63,733 bases of DNA from Pirellulales bacterium (GTDB taxonomy: Bacteria > Planctomycetota > Planctomycetia > Pirellulales > UBA1268): contig JBILVO010000006.1 in the NCBI GenBank assembly GCA_044370415.1, positions 1-63,733 of the forward strand. Reading direction: 5' to 3'. Below are positions 27,944-37,586 of this stretch, one piece after another. The notes below the pieces were generated by a model that was not told where the DNA came from, did no database searches, and saw only the letters and a list, made by a program, of their open reading frames with translations. A program made the position numbers and the translations under genes. The stretch's first letter is position 1, and every line of letters starts with the position of its first letter.

Positions 27944-30184
27944 TCAGGAGCGGATCCAGACTGTCATCTCGGCGACGGTGTGCTGGTGCTTGCGGGCCGT
28001 CTCACGGATCACGAACGGGACGTCCTCGCGATGCACGAGCCTGAAGTGCGGCTCGAGCGCCCGCGAGAGCCCGATCAGCGTCGGCAGCGGCTCGCCGTGC
28101 TCCCGCCGGCCGCCGAGCCACTTCGCCTTCGGCGTGTACTCCTCGAGCCAGGTGTAGGGGGACGTGAGCACCAGGAGCCCGCCGGGGTGGATGCGGCCGC
28201 GCATCCCCTCGAGGAACAGCTGCGGATCATAGAGCCGGTCGACGAGATTGCCGGCGAACACGAGGTCGTAGCCGGTGTAGAGGGCCTTCAGGTTGCAGGC
28301 GTCCCCTTGCATGAAGAGCACGCGTGGGCCGGTGCCCTCGAGCCCGAGGCTCTCCAGCGACGTGGTCCTGGCCAGCGTCAGTTCGCCCTCCGTGGGAATC
28401 TCGTAGAGGACGTCGCCCCCCTGCTGCAACCGCACACCCGACTGGATGAAGCGGGCGGAGAAGTCGATGGCGTCGACGTGCTCGAAGAAGCGGCCAAACT
28501 CGAAGGCCGACCGCCCCACCGAGCAGCCGATGTCGAGGCAGCGGCGGCGACGGTCCGCCGGCACGTGCCGCATGGCCACCTCCACGCACGCACGGGGAAA
28601 GTTGGGCACGCCCAACGCCTCGGGGCCGTAGTGGAACTCCAGGTACTGCGTGACGAGCTGGTCGGTCTCGTAGAGCCGCGCCCCCTCGGTCTCGGCCTCG
28701 CCGCCCGGTTCCTCCACCACCGTGCGGAATCCCGCATGCTGGAAGAAGTGCCGCCGGAAGGCGTAGCGGGCGCTCACCAGCGCCTCGTTGCCGGTCGAGA
28801 TCCAGGAGCCGCCCTTGATGAGGTTGTGGCGGCCGTCGAAGGTCGGCACGGAGAAGTCGTCGTATAGCGGGTGCACCTCGAAGCCCTTGAAGGGCATGAT
28901 CGGCGTCCGAGTCCACTGCCAGACGTTGCCGACGACGTCGCAGAAGTCCCCCTGGGGAAAGGCGTCGACGGGCGTGCTCGACGCGCCGTGCTCGAGGTTG
29001 ATGTTGCCCGGCGCCCGCTCCCACGCCGGCTGGTCGGCCGCAAGCGCCGCCGGCAGCGTCTGCCGCAGGGCATACCAGTGCGGCTCGGTCGGCAGCCGCA
29101 CGTTCTCCCCGGTCCGCGCCGCGAGCCACGCGCAATATGCCTGGGCCTCGAGACAGTTGACCTCCACCGGCCAGTTGAGCGGCAGCGGCACTTCCTCGAG
29201 CAGGTTTCGCTGCCGGAGGTGTCCGGCGGCGTCACGCAGCCAGAACTTCGGATGCCCGGCCCGCGTGTAGTGCAGCCAGCCGCGGCCCTCCTCGGTCCAC
29301 CACCGCTCCTCGCGGTAGCCACCGTCCTCCACGAACTCGAGAAACTCCTGGTTGGAGACGAGCCGGCGGGCGGCGCGGAAGGCAGGCACGTGCACGGTGT
29401 CGGTGCCGTACTCGTTGTCCCAGCCGAACGTGCGGTCGTCGGCGGGCTTGCCCAGACGCACCGTGGTCGCGGCGACCGGCAGCCAGTCGTTCGCGGCCGC
29501 CGGCCCGCTCGTGCCGCAGGAGGCCCAGAGCCGCCGCTCCTCGGGCGACAGCTCATCGCCATGGCGCAGCTCGTCGAGCGGCATCTGCCGCATGATCACG
29601 CTGGAGGTCTCGAGGTGGATCCGCTCGTGCTCGATGCCCATGAGAATGATCCACGCCGGCGCATCCTGCCGAATGGGAAGCTCCAGCGGCATTGCCTGGA
29701 TAAAATCGTCGATGAGCTCGCGCATGGCGGCCCGGTAGTCGCGGACGGCGGACACGCTCGGCCAGTCGTAGTGCGCCGTGTTCAGATCGTCCCACGACAT
29801 CTCGTCGACGCCGACGGCCATCGTCGCCTCCAGCCGCGGATCGAGCCGTGCGGGAATGAAGCGGCCAGCCATGAGCTTGTTGACGTAGAAGACAGCGGGA
29901 TGCCCGAAGTAGAAGATCAGCGGATGCCGCAGCGGCTCGTACCGCTCGTAGTAGGAGGCATCGTCACGGATCAGGGCGAAGAGCCGCTCGTAGATCTCGC
30001 AGGTCTGATGGAAGGAGCGGCGGATCTCGGCACGTTTGGCCGCCACCGGGTCGGCCGCCGCCGGATCGGCGTCGAGCAGCACCGTCTTCGTGGGCACGAG
30101 CGGTGTCGAGAGCGTGGCGAACCGGGAGGCCGCCGTGGCCGCCGGGCGGGGAGCATGGGCCGAGGTCGTTGCTGGGCGATTCAT
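27944..30184 (-). CDS. ovoA: Ovothiol biosynthesis 5-histidylcysteine sulfoxide synthase with C-terminal methyltransferase
   Basis: LRHPLIFYFGH, iron motif EHERIHLETSSV, FGE-like domain (WPVEVN.LEA, GNVWQW, KGGSW), C-terminal MTase (LDIGCSVGRS, GDACNL, LTSPYTWLEEYT). Confidence 0.93.
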   Translation of the reverse strand: MNRPATTSAHAPRPAATAASRFATLSTPLVPTKTVLLDADPAAADPVAAKRAEIRRSFHQTCEIYERLFALIRDDASYYERYEPLRHPLIFYFGHPAVFYVNKLMAGRFIPARLDPRLEATMAVGVDEMSWDDLNTAHYDWPSVSAVRDYRAAMRELIDDFIQAMPLELPIRQDAPAWIILMGIEHERIHLETSSVIMRQMPLDELRHGDELSPEERRLWASCGTSGPAAANDWLPVAATTVRLGKPADDRTFGWDNEYGTDTVHVPAFRAARRLVSNQEFLEFVEDGGYREERWWTEEGRGWLHYTRAGHPKFWLRDAAGHLRQRNLLEEVPLPLNWPVEVNCLEAQAYCAWLAARTGENVRLPTEPHWYALRQTLPAALAADQPAWERAPGNINLEHGASSTPVDAFPQGDFCDVVGNVWQWTRTPIMPFKGFEVHPLYDDFSVPTFDGRHNLIKGGSWISTGNEALVSARYAFRRHFFQHAGFRTVVEEPGGEAETEGARLYETDQLVTQYLEFHYGPEALGVPNFPRACVEVAMRHVPADRRRRCLDIGCSVGRSAFEFGRFFEHVDAIDFSARFIQSGVRLQQGGDVLYEIPTEGELTLARTTSLESLGLEGTGPRVLFMQGDACNLKALYTGYDLVFAGNLVDRLYDPQLFLEGMRGRIHPGGLLVLTSPYTWLEEYTPKAKWLGGRREHGEPLPTLIGLSRALEPHFRLVHREDVPFVIRETARKHQHTVAEMTVWIRS

Positions 30185-30210
30185 GGCTGCGGGGTGTGGG
30201 AGGGAAAAAC

Positions 30211-31198
30211 CTACCCCGACACTCTAGCAGCAGACCGCAGGCCTACCACGAACCGCTCCGGAATCGGTGCGGCGGCCCCCAAGAGCGAGCCGACGACGGT
30301 TCCCCGATGGCAGTTGTCGCCCCCCACGCGGGCGTTGGCGCAGACGCCCGAGGCGAAGTCTCGCGCGTAGCGCCAGGCCAGGAAGAGGGCGGCCGGGAAC
30401 GCCTCGTGGATGTAGCAGGCGGGGCTGAGGATCCTGCCCACGACCACGTCGTCGGGGTGGCTGTCCCACTCCCGGATCTTCGCCGCGGAGATCCACCGCG
30501 ACGCCCGCTCCACGATCGCCGTCCGCAGGTCCTCGCCGCGCGTCACCCGGACCAGGAGCTGCGTCAGCGTGTCGGCGGCCTCCAGCACCTCGGGATCCTT
30601 GTGGGTAAGCCCCACGTGGGTCCGCACGATCTCCCGCAGGTCGTGCCGGCGCGGCCCGACCGCCGATGTGCACATCGGCGACGCCGCAGTTGATCGGCTT
30701 GCGGCCCGCGCCGAGGTTCGTGAAGAAGTCGCGATGATACTCCTCGACGTAGGTGTCGCGGTGCCGTCCGGGCTTGAGCATGAACCGCATGTAGCGATCG
30801 AGCCAGCGCTCGACGTGGTAGTCGCGGTCGAGCCGCAGCAGGTCGTGGAGCTCGAGTGCCAACTGCTGGTTGAGGGTGTTCTCGCCCGCCTCCAGGAACT
30901 GGTGGTAGTGGACGCCGCGGCGGCCCCAATACTCCGCCTGCTCCCGCAATATGTCGCTCTCCGGGCCGCTGGCCACGTAGCTCGACCGCCAGAGGATGCT
31001 GTCGGGGTGCGGGTTCCTGGGAGCGAGATAGCCGTCGATCGTGCCGTAGTCGCGGGCCAGCGCACGCCGGTCGTAGTACCAGTGCACCGGCATGGAGACC
31101 GCGTCGGCGACCAGCGACCCGAGAAAGGCCCGCGCCGAGGTGTCGACCCCCTCGGGGTGCTCGTCTGCATTCTGCGGTGCCGGCGTGCCGTGGGTCAT
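30211..31198 (-). pseudogene. ADP-ribosylglycohydrolase family gene with frameshift near 30650-30660
   Basis: The N-terminal half (ADAVSMPVHWYY...DVHIGG) and C-terminal half (HVGLTH...SPACY...GGDNCHRGTVVGSLLG) lie in different frames. Confidence 0.8.
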
Positions 31199-31929
31199 GA
31201 CTCGACGAGGATCCTGGAGAAGAAGCCGCGCACGCGGGGCTCGGCGCACTGGTCGATCACCGCGCCGGGCGTGCCGTGGGCCAGCACCCGGCCCTCGCCG
31301 ACGAAGGCCATTTCGTCGGCCACCCGGCGGGCGAAGCCCATCTCGTGGGTGACGAGCACAAACTGGGTTCCCAGCGACTTCAGCTCGCCGATCATCTGCA
31401 GCACCTCGGCCGTCATCTCGGGGTCGAGCGCCGAGGTGGGCTCGTCAAGGAACAGCCGGCGCGGCTGCACGACGAGCGCCCGCAGGATGGCGATCCGCTG
31501 CTTCTGGCCGCCGGAGAGTTCGGCCGGCCGCTTGTGGGCGTGCTCCGCCAGCCGGAACCGCTCGAGCGGGCCCCGCACCCGCTCCCGCGCCTCGGCCTCC
31601 GACAGGCCGTGCACGTGCACCAGCGGCAGCAGCAGGTTGTCGAGGCCGGAGAGGTGCGGGAAGAGGTTGTAGGCCTGGAAGACCGTGCCGACCGTGCGGC
31701 GATAGCCGCGCAGGGCCTGCTCGTCGCGCGGGAGCGGCTCGCCGTCGAAGGCGACGCTGCCCGCCACGGGCACGTCGAGCCCAGCGAGGATCCGCAGCAG
31801 CGTCGACTTGCCGCCGCCCGACGGGCCCACGAGCACGAGGGCCTCGACGTCGGGCGTGACGAGGTCGACACCGTCGAGGACGGTGGCCGTACCGAACCGT
31901 TGCACCAGTCCGTCTATCACCAGGTTCAT
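31195..31929 (-). CDS. Polar amino acid ABC transporter ATP-binding protein
   Basis: GPSGGGKST, VFQAYNLFPHL, LSGGQKQR, DEPTSALDPEM, VTHEMGFAR motifs. Confidence 0.95.
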   Translation of the reverse strand: MNLVIDGLVQRFGTATVLDGVDLVTPDVEALVLVGPSGGGKSTLLRILAGLDVPVAGSVAFDGEPLPRDEQALRGYRRTVGTVFQAYNLFPHLSGLDNLLLPLVHVHGLSEAEARERVRGPLERFRLAEHAHKRPAELSGGQKQRIAILRALVVQPRRLFLDEPTSALDPEMTAEVLQMIGELKSLGTQFVLVTHEMGFARRVADEMAFVGEGRVLAHGTPGAVIDQCAEPRVRGFFSRILVES

Positions 31930-31971
31930 CGGTCCACCAGGTTCATCGGTCCACCAGGTTCATCGGTCCAC
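31918..31971 (-). repeat. Three perfect 17-bp tandem repeats spanning the ATPase start codon
   Basis: (CACCAGGTTCATCGGTC)x3 on the plus strand; each copy carries an ATG on the minus strand (31963, 31946, 31929). Confidence 0.95.
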
Positions 31972-32001
31972 GAGATTCAGGGGCCAGCACGTTCATCGGC
32001 G

Positions 32002-32736
32002 TCACGTCTCGTATCTGAAGCGTCGCTCGAGCCACCGCGACAGGGCCGAGAGCGGCAGCGTGATCGCGAGGTAGCCGACGGCCAGCGGCAGGTAGCTCTC
32101 CAGCGTGGAGTACGTGAAGGAGTTGACCTCCTGCGCGGCGAGCGTGAACTCCGACACGGCGATCACGGAGAGCAGCGAGGAGTCCTTCACGAGCGACACG
32201 AACTGGCCCGCCACCGCCGGCAGGACGATCCGCACCGCCTGCGGCAGGATGACCAGCCGCAGCGCCTGCCAGGGGGTGAGGCCGATGGCCCGGGCCGCGT
32301 CCCGCTGCGTCTGCGGGATGGCGGCGAGGCCCCCGCGAAAGATCTCGGCCATGTAGGCCCCGCTGAACAGCGCGAGCAGGAGCACACCGACGACGTAGCG
32401 GTTCTCCAGGCCGATGGCGCTGGCCACCACGTAGAAGCCGATCAGGAGCTGCACGAGCAGCGGCGTGCCGCGGATGAGCTCGACGTAGACCCGGGCCACG
32501 GCCTCGACGAGGACGTTTTTCGAGCCGAGCATCAGGGCGGCCACGCCGCCGATCACCGTGCTCGCGACGAGCGCCGCCGCACTCAGCGCCAGGGTGACGG
32601 CGAATCCCTGCAGGAATTTCGCCCGGTACGCCCAGACCCCCTGCCAGTTCCACGCGGTGTCGACCCGCGCGAGCGCGGCCGCGATCAGGACCGCGAACAG
32701 GAGCACGACGATGCAATGGGCGAGCCACCGGGGCAT
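32002..32736 (-). CDS. Polar amino acid ABC transporter permease
   Basis: YVELIRGTPLLVQL, AYMAEIFRGG, ILPQA, LVKDSSL motifs. Confidence 0.94.
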   Translation of the reverse strand: MPRWLAHCIVVLLFAVLIAAALARVDTAWNWQGVWAYRAKFLQGFAVTLALSAAALVASTVIGGVAALMLGSKNVLVEAVARVYVELIRGTPLLVQLLIGFYVVASAIGLENRYVVGVLLLALFSGAYMAEIFRGGLAAIPQTQRDAARAIGLTPWQALRLVILPQAVRIVLPAVAGQFVSLVKDSSLLSVIAVSEFTLAAQEVNSFTYSTLESYLPLAVGYLAITLPLSALSRWLERRFRYET

Positions 32737-32828
32737 GATCGAGCAGACTACCACGCGGCGGCGATCACGCGGCGGCCGGCGGCGGGGCGGCGCGGGAAAC
32801 CCACGCCCGCGCGGAGCTCCGCGCGGCC

Positions 32829-33614
32829 TCAGAAATAGAACGGGATGCCCTGCTGCTGGAAGAAGGCCTTCTCCTCGGCGAGAAACTCGTCGCCGAGCCG
32901 GCCGAACCCCCCATCGGCGCGAAACACCTCGAGGAACCGGTTCACCTGCTCCCGCAGCGCGGCATCCTGCAGCCTCAGGCCGACGGCCCAGGTCTCCTCG
33001 CGGAAGGGCTGCAGGAGCGGCCGCGTCGTGCCGGGGTGCCGCTTGTGGTTCTGGTAGACCGACAGCGAGTCGTAGATGAAGGCGTCGGCCTTCCCCTGCA
33101 CCACCTCGAGCACCGCCGCCGATTCCTTGTCGAGCACGAGCAGTCGGGCCTGCGTGAGCGCCGTCGCGGCGTACTGGTGACCGGTCGTGCCCTTCTTGAC
33201 GGCGACCGTCCGGCCCGGCGCGTCGAGGTCGGCGGCGGACCGGACCGGCGACTTCGCCCCCACCAAGAGCGCGAGGCCGGTCTTCAGGTACGGCTCCGAG
33301 AAGGCGATGGAGCGGCTCCGCTCCGGCGTGGCCGTCATCGACGAGATGATGCAGTCGATCTTGCCGGTCTTGAGCGCGGGAATGAGCCCGTCGAAGGCGA
33401 CGTTCTCGATCGCCACCTCGCGGCCCAGGTGCCGGCCGAGCGCCTCGGCCAGCCGCACGCTCACGCCGGTCGGCTTGCCCTGCGGGTCGGTCATCTCGAA
33501 CGGCGGATAGGAGAGCTCCATGCCGACGCGGAGCGGCGGCGCCGCGGCCGCCGTGGCGGCCCACGCCAGGGCGGCGACGATCGCGACGAGCGGCGGAAGG
33601 GGAGAGCCTCGCAT
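32829..33614 (-). CDS. Amino acid ABC transporter substrate-binding protein (family 3)
   Basis: Signal peptide; YPPFE, FDGLIPALKTGKID, TPER...FSEPY, GTTG motifs. Confidence 0.94.
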   Translation of the reverse strand: MRGSPLPPLVAIVAALAWAATAAAAPPLRVGMELSYPPFEMTDPQGKPTGVSVRLAEALGRHLGREVAIENVAFDGLIPALKTGKIDCIISSMTATPERSRSIAFSEPYLKTGLALLVGAKSPVRSAADLDAPGRTVAVKKGTTGHQYAATALTQARLLVLDKESAAVLEVVQGKADAFIYDSLSVYQNHKRHPGTTRPLLQPFREETWAVGLRLQDAALREQVNRFLEVFRADGGFGRLGDEFLAEEKAFFQQQGIPFYF

Positions 33615-33703
33615 GCCGCTGGTGATACCCGCACGGCGGGCCGGCCGCCAGCGGGCGGGGCCCGGCCGCGTCGCGAATCGCGGCCGTGGGCGGGCCGGCC
33701 GGG

Positions 33704-34525
33704 TCAGGCAGCCGGCCGGTCTTCGCGGGCCTCGGCAACCCGCCGCAGGAGCGCGGCCTCCACGCTCTCGGCGAAGCGGCAGCCCAGGTCTGCCAACCAG
33801 GTCTCGTGCATCGACCGGTTCTTGTGGGTGTTGTTGGGGAGCAGCGTGACCTCCCGGCCCGCGTGCAGCCCCGCGATCGCGCAGTGGAGGCGGTCGGTGA
33901 TGATCCGGCGGTAGCGGGCCGCCAAAGCCATCGCCTCGACGGGCGAGCGGCAGATCGTGGCCGGGTCGCTCGCGTGCACGAGCCGCCGGCCCGTCCGCTG
34001 CCCGTCCCGCCGCATGAGGATGCCGAGCTCGCGGGACGGCGGCCCCTGTGGCTGCCAGGCGAGGCCGAGCGCCAGATCGGGCGCGAGCAGCGCGTCGGGC
34101 CGCAGCCCAAGGCTCGCCCGCTCCCGGACGAACACGCGGGCGAAGGGCCTGTCCTCCCGGTCGGTGAACGACTGCGGCAGGATCACCACCGGGGGCCCCA
34201 GCCGCAGCGCCCGGCCCCGCGCCGCGTGGTCGACCAGGGTCCGGTCGCCCATCCCGCAGCCCCCGCCGAACACGATCACGTCGACGTTCGCGGGCCGATC
34301 CAGGTCGAGTGGCACCCAGCGGACGCCGTGCAGGCGGAAGAGCTGCGCCATCGCCAACTCGATCAGCGATCCGCCGACGTGCCCCGCGGGACGGACGTAA
34401 CCGACCTTCCGGCCGAGCAGCGGCTCCAGCACCGCCGCGAATCGTTCCGGCCCGAGCAGCGCCTGGCGGGCGCTTGCCTGGCGGGCGCTTCGATGGTGGT
34501 CGGCGCGTGTGCTGAGAAGCCCCAT
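33704..34525 (-). CDS. Polysaccharide pyruvyl transferase family protein
   Basis: GGGC.MGD, ILPQS, VRERAS, PDLA, ITDRLH..I, HKN motifs. Confidence 0.75.
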   Translation of the reverse strand: MGLLSTRADHHRSARQASARQALLGPERFAAVLEPLLGRKVGYVRPAGHVGGSLIELAMAQLFRLHGVRWVPLDLDRPANVDVIVFGGGCGMGDRTLVDHAARGRALRLGPPVVILPQSFTDREDRPFARVFVRERASLGLRPDALLAPDLALGLAWQPQGPPSRELGILMRRDGQRTGRRLVHASDPATICRSPVEAMALAARYRRIITDRLHCAIAGLHAGREVTLLPNNTHKNRSMHETWLADLGCRFAESVEAALLRRVAEAREDRPAA

Positions 34526-34677
34526 GGCGGGTTCATCGTCGCACGGACAGGTTTCGGTGACGCGGCCGTCTCAGGGTCGGATTCGGCAGACCTGCGGGGA
34601 GGTGCGCGTCGGGCAAGCTGGGTAATGCCCGGGACCGATCGCGCCGGGCCGGACGGGGCGATCGGCGGCCGCCGTCG

Positions 34678-35775
34678 TCACTGCGGCGCCTCCTCGAACG
34701 GCCCGGCGAGCACGGCCTCGGGCCGCGTGCGAAGCCCCGTCGCGTCGACGAGGAACCGCGTCTGCTCCAGCAGATCCTCCGGCATCCGCCAGCGACCGCG
34801 GTCCACGCCCGGCGCCGCGAGGTTGACGACGAAGTACGGGGCGATGACGCCCGCGGTCTCGCGGATCGGCACGGTGCGCGGGTCGGTGCCCTCGAGGAGA
34901 TCCGCCGCCAGTCGTCCCGCCGCCAGGCCGATCTCGCGGAAGTTGTAGCCCACGTCGAAAAGCGTGCCCCGCTCGGGCGGGCCGGGATTCACGCTGAAGA
35001 CGGGCACGCCCGCCTTGGCGGCCGTGGCGATCACCGAGTCGATCGCGCTGATCACCGTCGTGTCGCCGGGCACGAAGATCGCCTCGGCCCCGCGCGATAT
35101 CGTCGACTGCACCGCCTCGATCACCCCCGAGGAGTTCTCCACGGGCGCCTCGAGGAGCTCGATGCCGAGCGCCTTGCAACTGGCGCGGGCCAGTTCCATG
35201 AACCGGCGGGAATTGCTCTCGGCGGGATTGTGGGCCGCGCCGACGCGGGCCAGCCGCGGGTTGACCCGCCGCGCGATCCGAAACGTCGCGTGCACCGGGG
35301 CGAGGCTGCCGTAGCCGACCAGGTGCGGCGGGTGCACGAGAGGATCGGCGCGGTCGAGGCCGACGCCGGCCGAGAACGGATCGGCGACCGCGGCGAACAC
35401 GTGCTTCAGCCGGCCGCGGGCGTTGGCCGTGGCGACGGCCTGCAGTGAGGGCGTGCTCGAGGTGAGCACCATGTCGAAGGGGCCGCCGACGATCTCCCGG
35501 GCGATCGCGTTGGCCTGGGCGAGATCCCCTTCCGCGTTGTAGCGGCGGATCGTCACGGTCTTGCCGTCGGTCCAGCCGCGTTCCGCGAGGCCCGCGATCA
35601 TCCCCTTCACCGCATCCTCGAGCACCATGGAGCTGGTCTGTTGGAGCACGGCCACCGCAGGCAGGTCGCGGCTGGCCGACTGCCGATCAGTCAGGAGCAG
35701 GAGCGCCGACGCCCCGGCCAGCAGGGCGATCGTCGGCACCGCGCGGCGCAGGCCGGCGAGCAGGGTCTGGGTCAT
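34678..35775 (-). CDS. ABC transporter substrate-binding protein (ABC_sub_bind type)
   Basis: N-terminal anchor; NAEGD..AN.IA, STPSLQA, AVADP..AG, NPAESNS, IFVPGD motifs. Confidence 0.85.
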   Translation of the reverse strand: MTQTLLAGLRRAVPTIALLAGASALLLLTDRQSASRDLPAVAVLQQTSSMVLEDAVKGMIAGLAERGWTDGKTVTIRRYNAEGDLAQANAIAREIVGGPFDMVLTSSTPSLQAVATANARGRLKHVFAAVADPFSAGVGLDRADPLVHPPHLVGYGSLAPVHATFRIARRVNPRLARVGAAHNPAESNSRRFMELARASCKALGIELLEAPVENSSGVIEAVQSTISRGAEAIFVPGDTTVISAIDSVIATAAKAGVPVFSVNPGPPERGTLFDVGYNFREIGLAAGRLAADLLEGTDPRTVPIRETAGVIAPYFVVNLAAPGVDRGRWRMPEDLLEQTRFLVDATGLRTRPEAVLAGPFEEAPQ

Positions 35776-35851
35776 CGCGGGTGCCTCCCCGGGGCGTCAT
35801 GACGGACGGACTCGGCGAACGTGGCGGGCATCGCGAGGGTGTGCACTGGAG

Positions 35852-36664
35852 TCATGCGTACCGTTCCGCCAGGGTGCGGGCGGCGTCGTCGTCGAGCTGG
35901 TCGGCGGACCGCAGACGATCGAAGCGATCGGCGAGGTCGTCGGCCGAGAGCCGCCGCTTCGCGGCCCCCTGGGCATCGAGCACGATGCGTCCGCGGTGCA
36001 CGAGGAGCAGACGATCGCCGAGCGAGGCGGCCTGCGCGAGCGAGTGCGTCACCATCAGGGCGGTGAGATTCTGGGAGCGGATGACCCGCGCCGTCGCCTG
36101 CACCACGCGATCGGCGGCGGCGGGATCGAGGGCCGCGGTGTGCTCGTCGAGCAGCAACAGTTCCGGCCGCCGCCAGGTGGCCATCACGAGCGTCACGATC
36201 TGCCGCTGCCCGCCGGAGAGCGATCCGATCGGCTGGTCCAGCCGTCCTTCCAGCCCCGGCACGATCGCGCCCAGCCGCGCCGCCGCCTCGTCGCGCAGGC
36301 TCCGGCTCGTCGCCCAGGAGAGACCGGCTCGCGTGCCGCGGCAGGCGGCCACGGCGATGTTCTCCAGCACGGTGAGACTGGCGGCCGTGCCGGCACGCGG
36401 ATCCTGGAAAACGCGGCCCACGAGCCGGGCCCGCTGATCCTCACGCCACCGCGTGATGTCGTGGCCGGCCAGCCTGATGCTGCCGCCGTCGACACGGACC
36501 GTGCCGGCGATCGCCCCCAGAAGCGTGCTCTTGCCCGAGCCGTTCGTGCCGATCACGACCACGAACGAGCCCGCCGACAGCGTGGCCGACACACCGTCGA
36601 CCGCGCGGACGAGCGGCCCGCCTGGGGCGGAGAACGTGACGGTGACGTCGGCCAGTTCGAGCAT
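35852..36664 (-). CDS. ABC transporter ATP-binding protein
   Basis: GTNGSGKST, RVFQDP..GTA, LSGGQRQ, LLDEHTAALDP motifs. Confidence 0.93.
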   Translation of the reverse strand: MLELADVTVTFSAPGGPLVRAVDGVSATLSAGSFVVVIGTNGSGKSTLLGAIAGTVRVDGGSIRLAGHDITRWREDQRARLVGRVFQDPRAGTAASLTVLENIAVAACRGTRAGLSWATSRSLRDEAAARLGAIVPGLEGRLDQPIGSLSGGQRQIVTLVMATWRRPELLLLDEHTAALDPAAADRVVQATARVIRSQNLTALMVTHSLAQAASLGDRLLLVHRGRIVLDAQGAAKRRLSADDLADRFDRLRSADQLDDDAARTLAERYA

Positions 36665-36671
36665 CGTCGCC

Positions 36672-37586
36672 TTACCTCGCCGCGGAAGCCTGCTGCCGCC
36701 GCACGACCAGCCGCGGCGCCACGAGCGCCGCCAGCACCACCACGGCCGTCGTGAACTTGAGCCAGTCGGGGTCGAGCCCGGCGCGGAGGGCCGCCGCCAC
36801 GAGCAGGCGGAAGGTCACGCTGCCGGCCAGCGCCGCCACGAGCGCCCCACCCAGCCGCACCGTCCCCACGAGGGCGTTGCCGAGGAACACGCTCGCCATC
36901 CCCCAGACCACCATGCCGATCCCCATCTGCACGTCGGCGAATCCCTGATACTGCGCGACGACCGCCCCGGAGAGGGCCGTGAGGGAGTTGGCGATGGCCA
37001 GGCCGGCGATCGTGAGCGCGCCGGTGTTGCGGCCGAGCGCCCGGGCCATCGTCGGCGTGTCGCCCCCGGCCCGCATCGCCGTGCCCAGCCGGGTGCTGAA
37101 GAACGCGTAGAGCAGCACCACGAGCGTCACGGCCGCGACGAGCACGAAGGCCAGCCGGGCGGCCTCGCCCGCCTCGGCGTCGGCGAAGCCGGCCAGCCGC
37201 ACAAGCGGCAGGAGCTTCTCCTCGGCCCGGTCGAGCAGCGTCGTCACGCCCGAGAGCGGCACGTTGCTCCTGCCGAGCAGGACGAGGTTCACACTCGCCA
37301 GCGCCGTCGTCATCAGGATGCCGGCGAGGAGCGGCTCGATGCCGAGCAGCGCATGGAGCATGCCGGTGCAGCAGCCCGCCGCTGCGCCGGCCGCCATGCC
37401 GGCGAGCGTGGCCAGCGCCGGATCGACGCCCGCCACGAGCAGCGCGGTCGCGACGACCGCGCCCAGCGTGAATGAGCCGTCGGTCGTGATGTCGGGAAAC
37501 GAAAACAGCCGGTAGCTGACGAACACGCCGATGGCGACGAGCCCGAGCGCCACGCCGAACGTCCAGGTCGAGAGAAGCGTGATCAT
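36672..37586 (-). CDS. ABC transporter permease
   Basis: FPDITTDGSF.LG, LLAGIL, G.AMRA.GD, QYQGFADVQMGIG motifs. Confidence 0.9.
   Translation of the reverse strand: MITLLSTWTFGVALGLVAIGVFVSYRLFSFPDITTDGSFTLGAVVATALLVAGVDPALATLAGMAAGAAAGCCTGMLHALLGIEPLLAGILMTTALASVNLVLLGRSNVPLSGVTTLLDRAEEKLLPLVRLAGFADAEAGEAARLAFVLVAAVTLVVLLYAFFSTRLGTAMRAGGDTPTMARALGRNTGALTIAGLAIANSLTALSGAVVAQYQGFADVQMGIGMVVWGMASVFLGNALVGTVRLGGALVAALAGSVTFRLLVAAALRAGLDPDWLKFTTAVVVLAALVAPRLVVRRQQASAAR

Noticed and set aside
27944-30184. Ergothioneine EgtB or selenometabolite synthase call
   Set aside because: The C-terminal methyltransferase and the PLIFYFGH/HERIHLET motifs fit OvoA; no selenophosphate synthetase or selenosugar genes are in the window.
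30640-30680. Programmed ribosomal frameshift in the ARH gene
   Set aside because: No slippery sequence, and the hairpin lies upstream of the junction in the reading direction; deletion or artefact is more likely.
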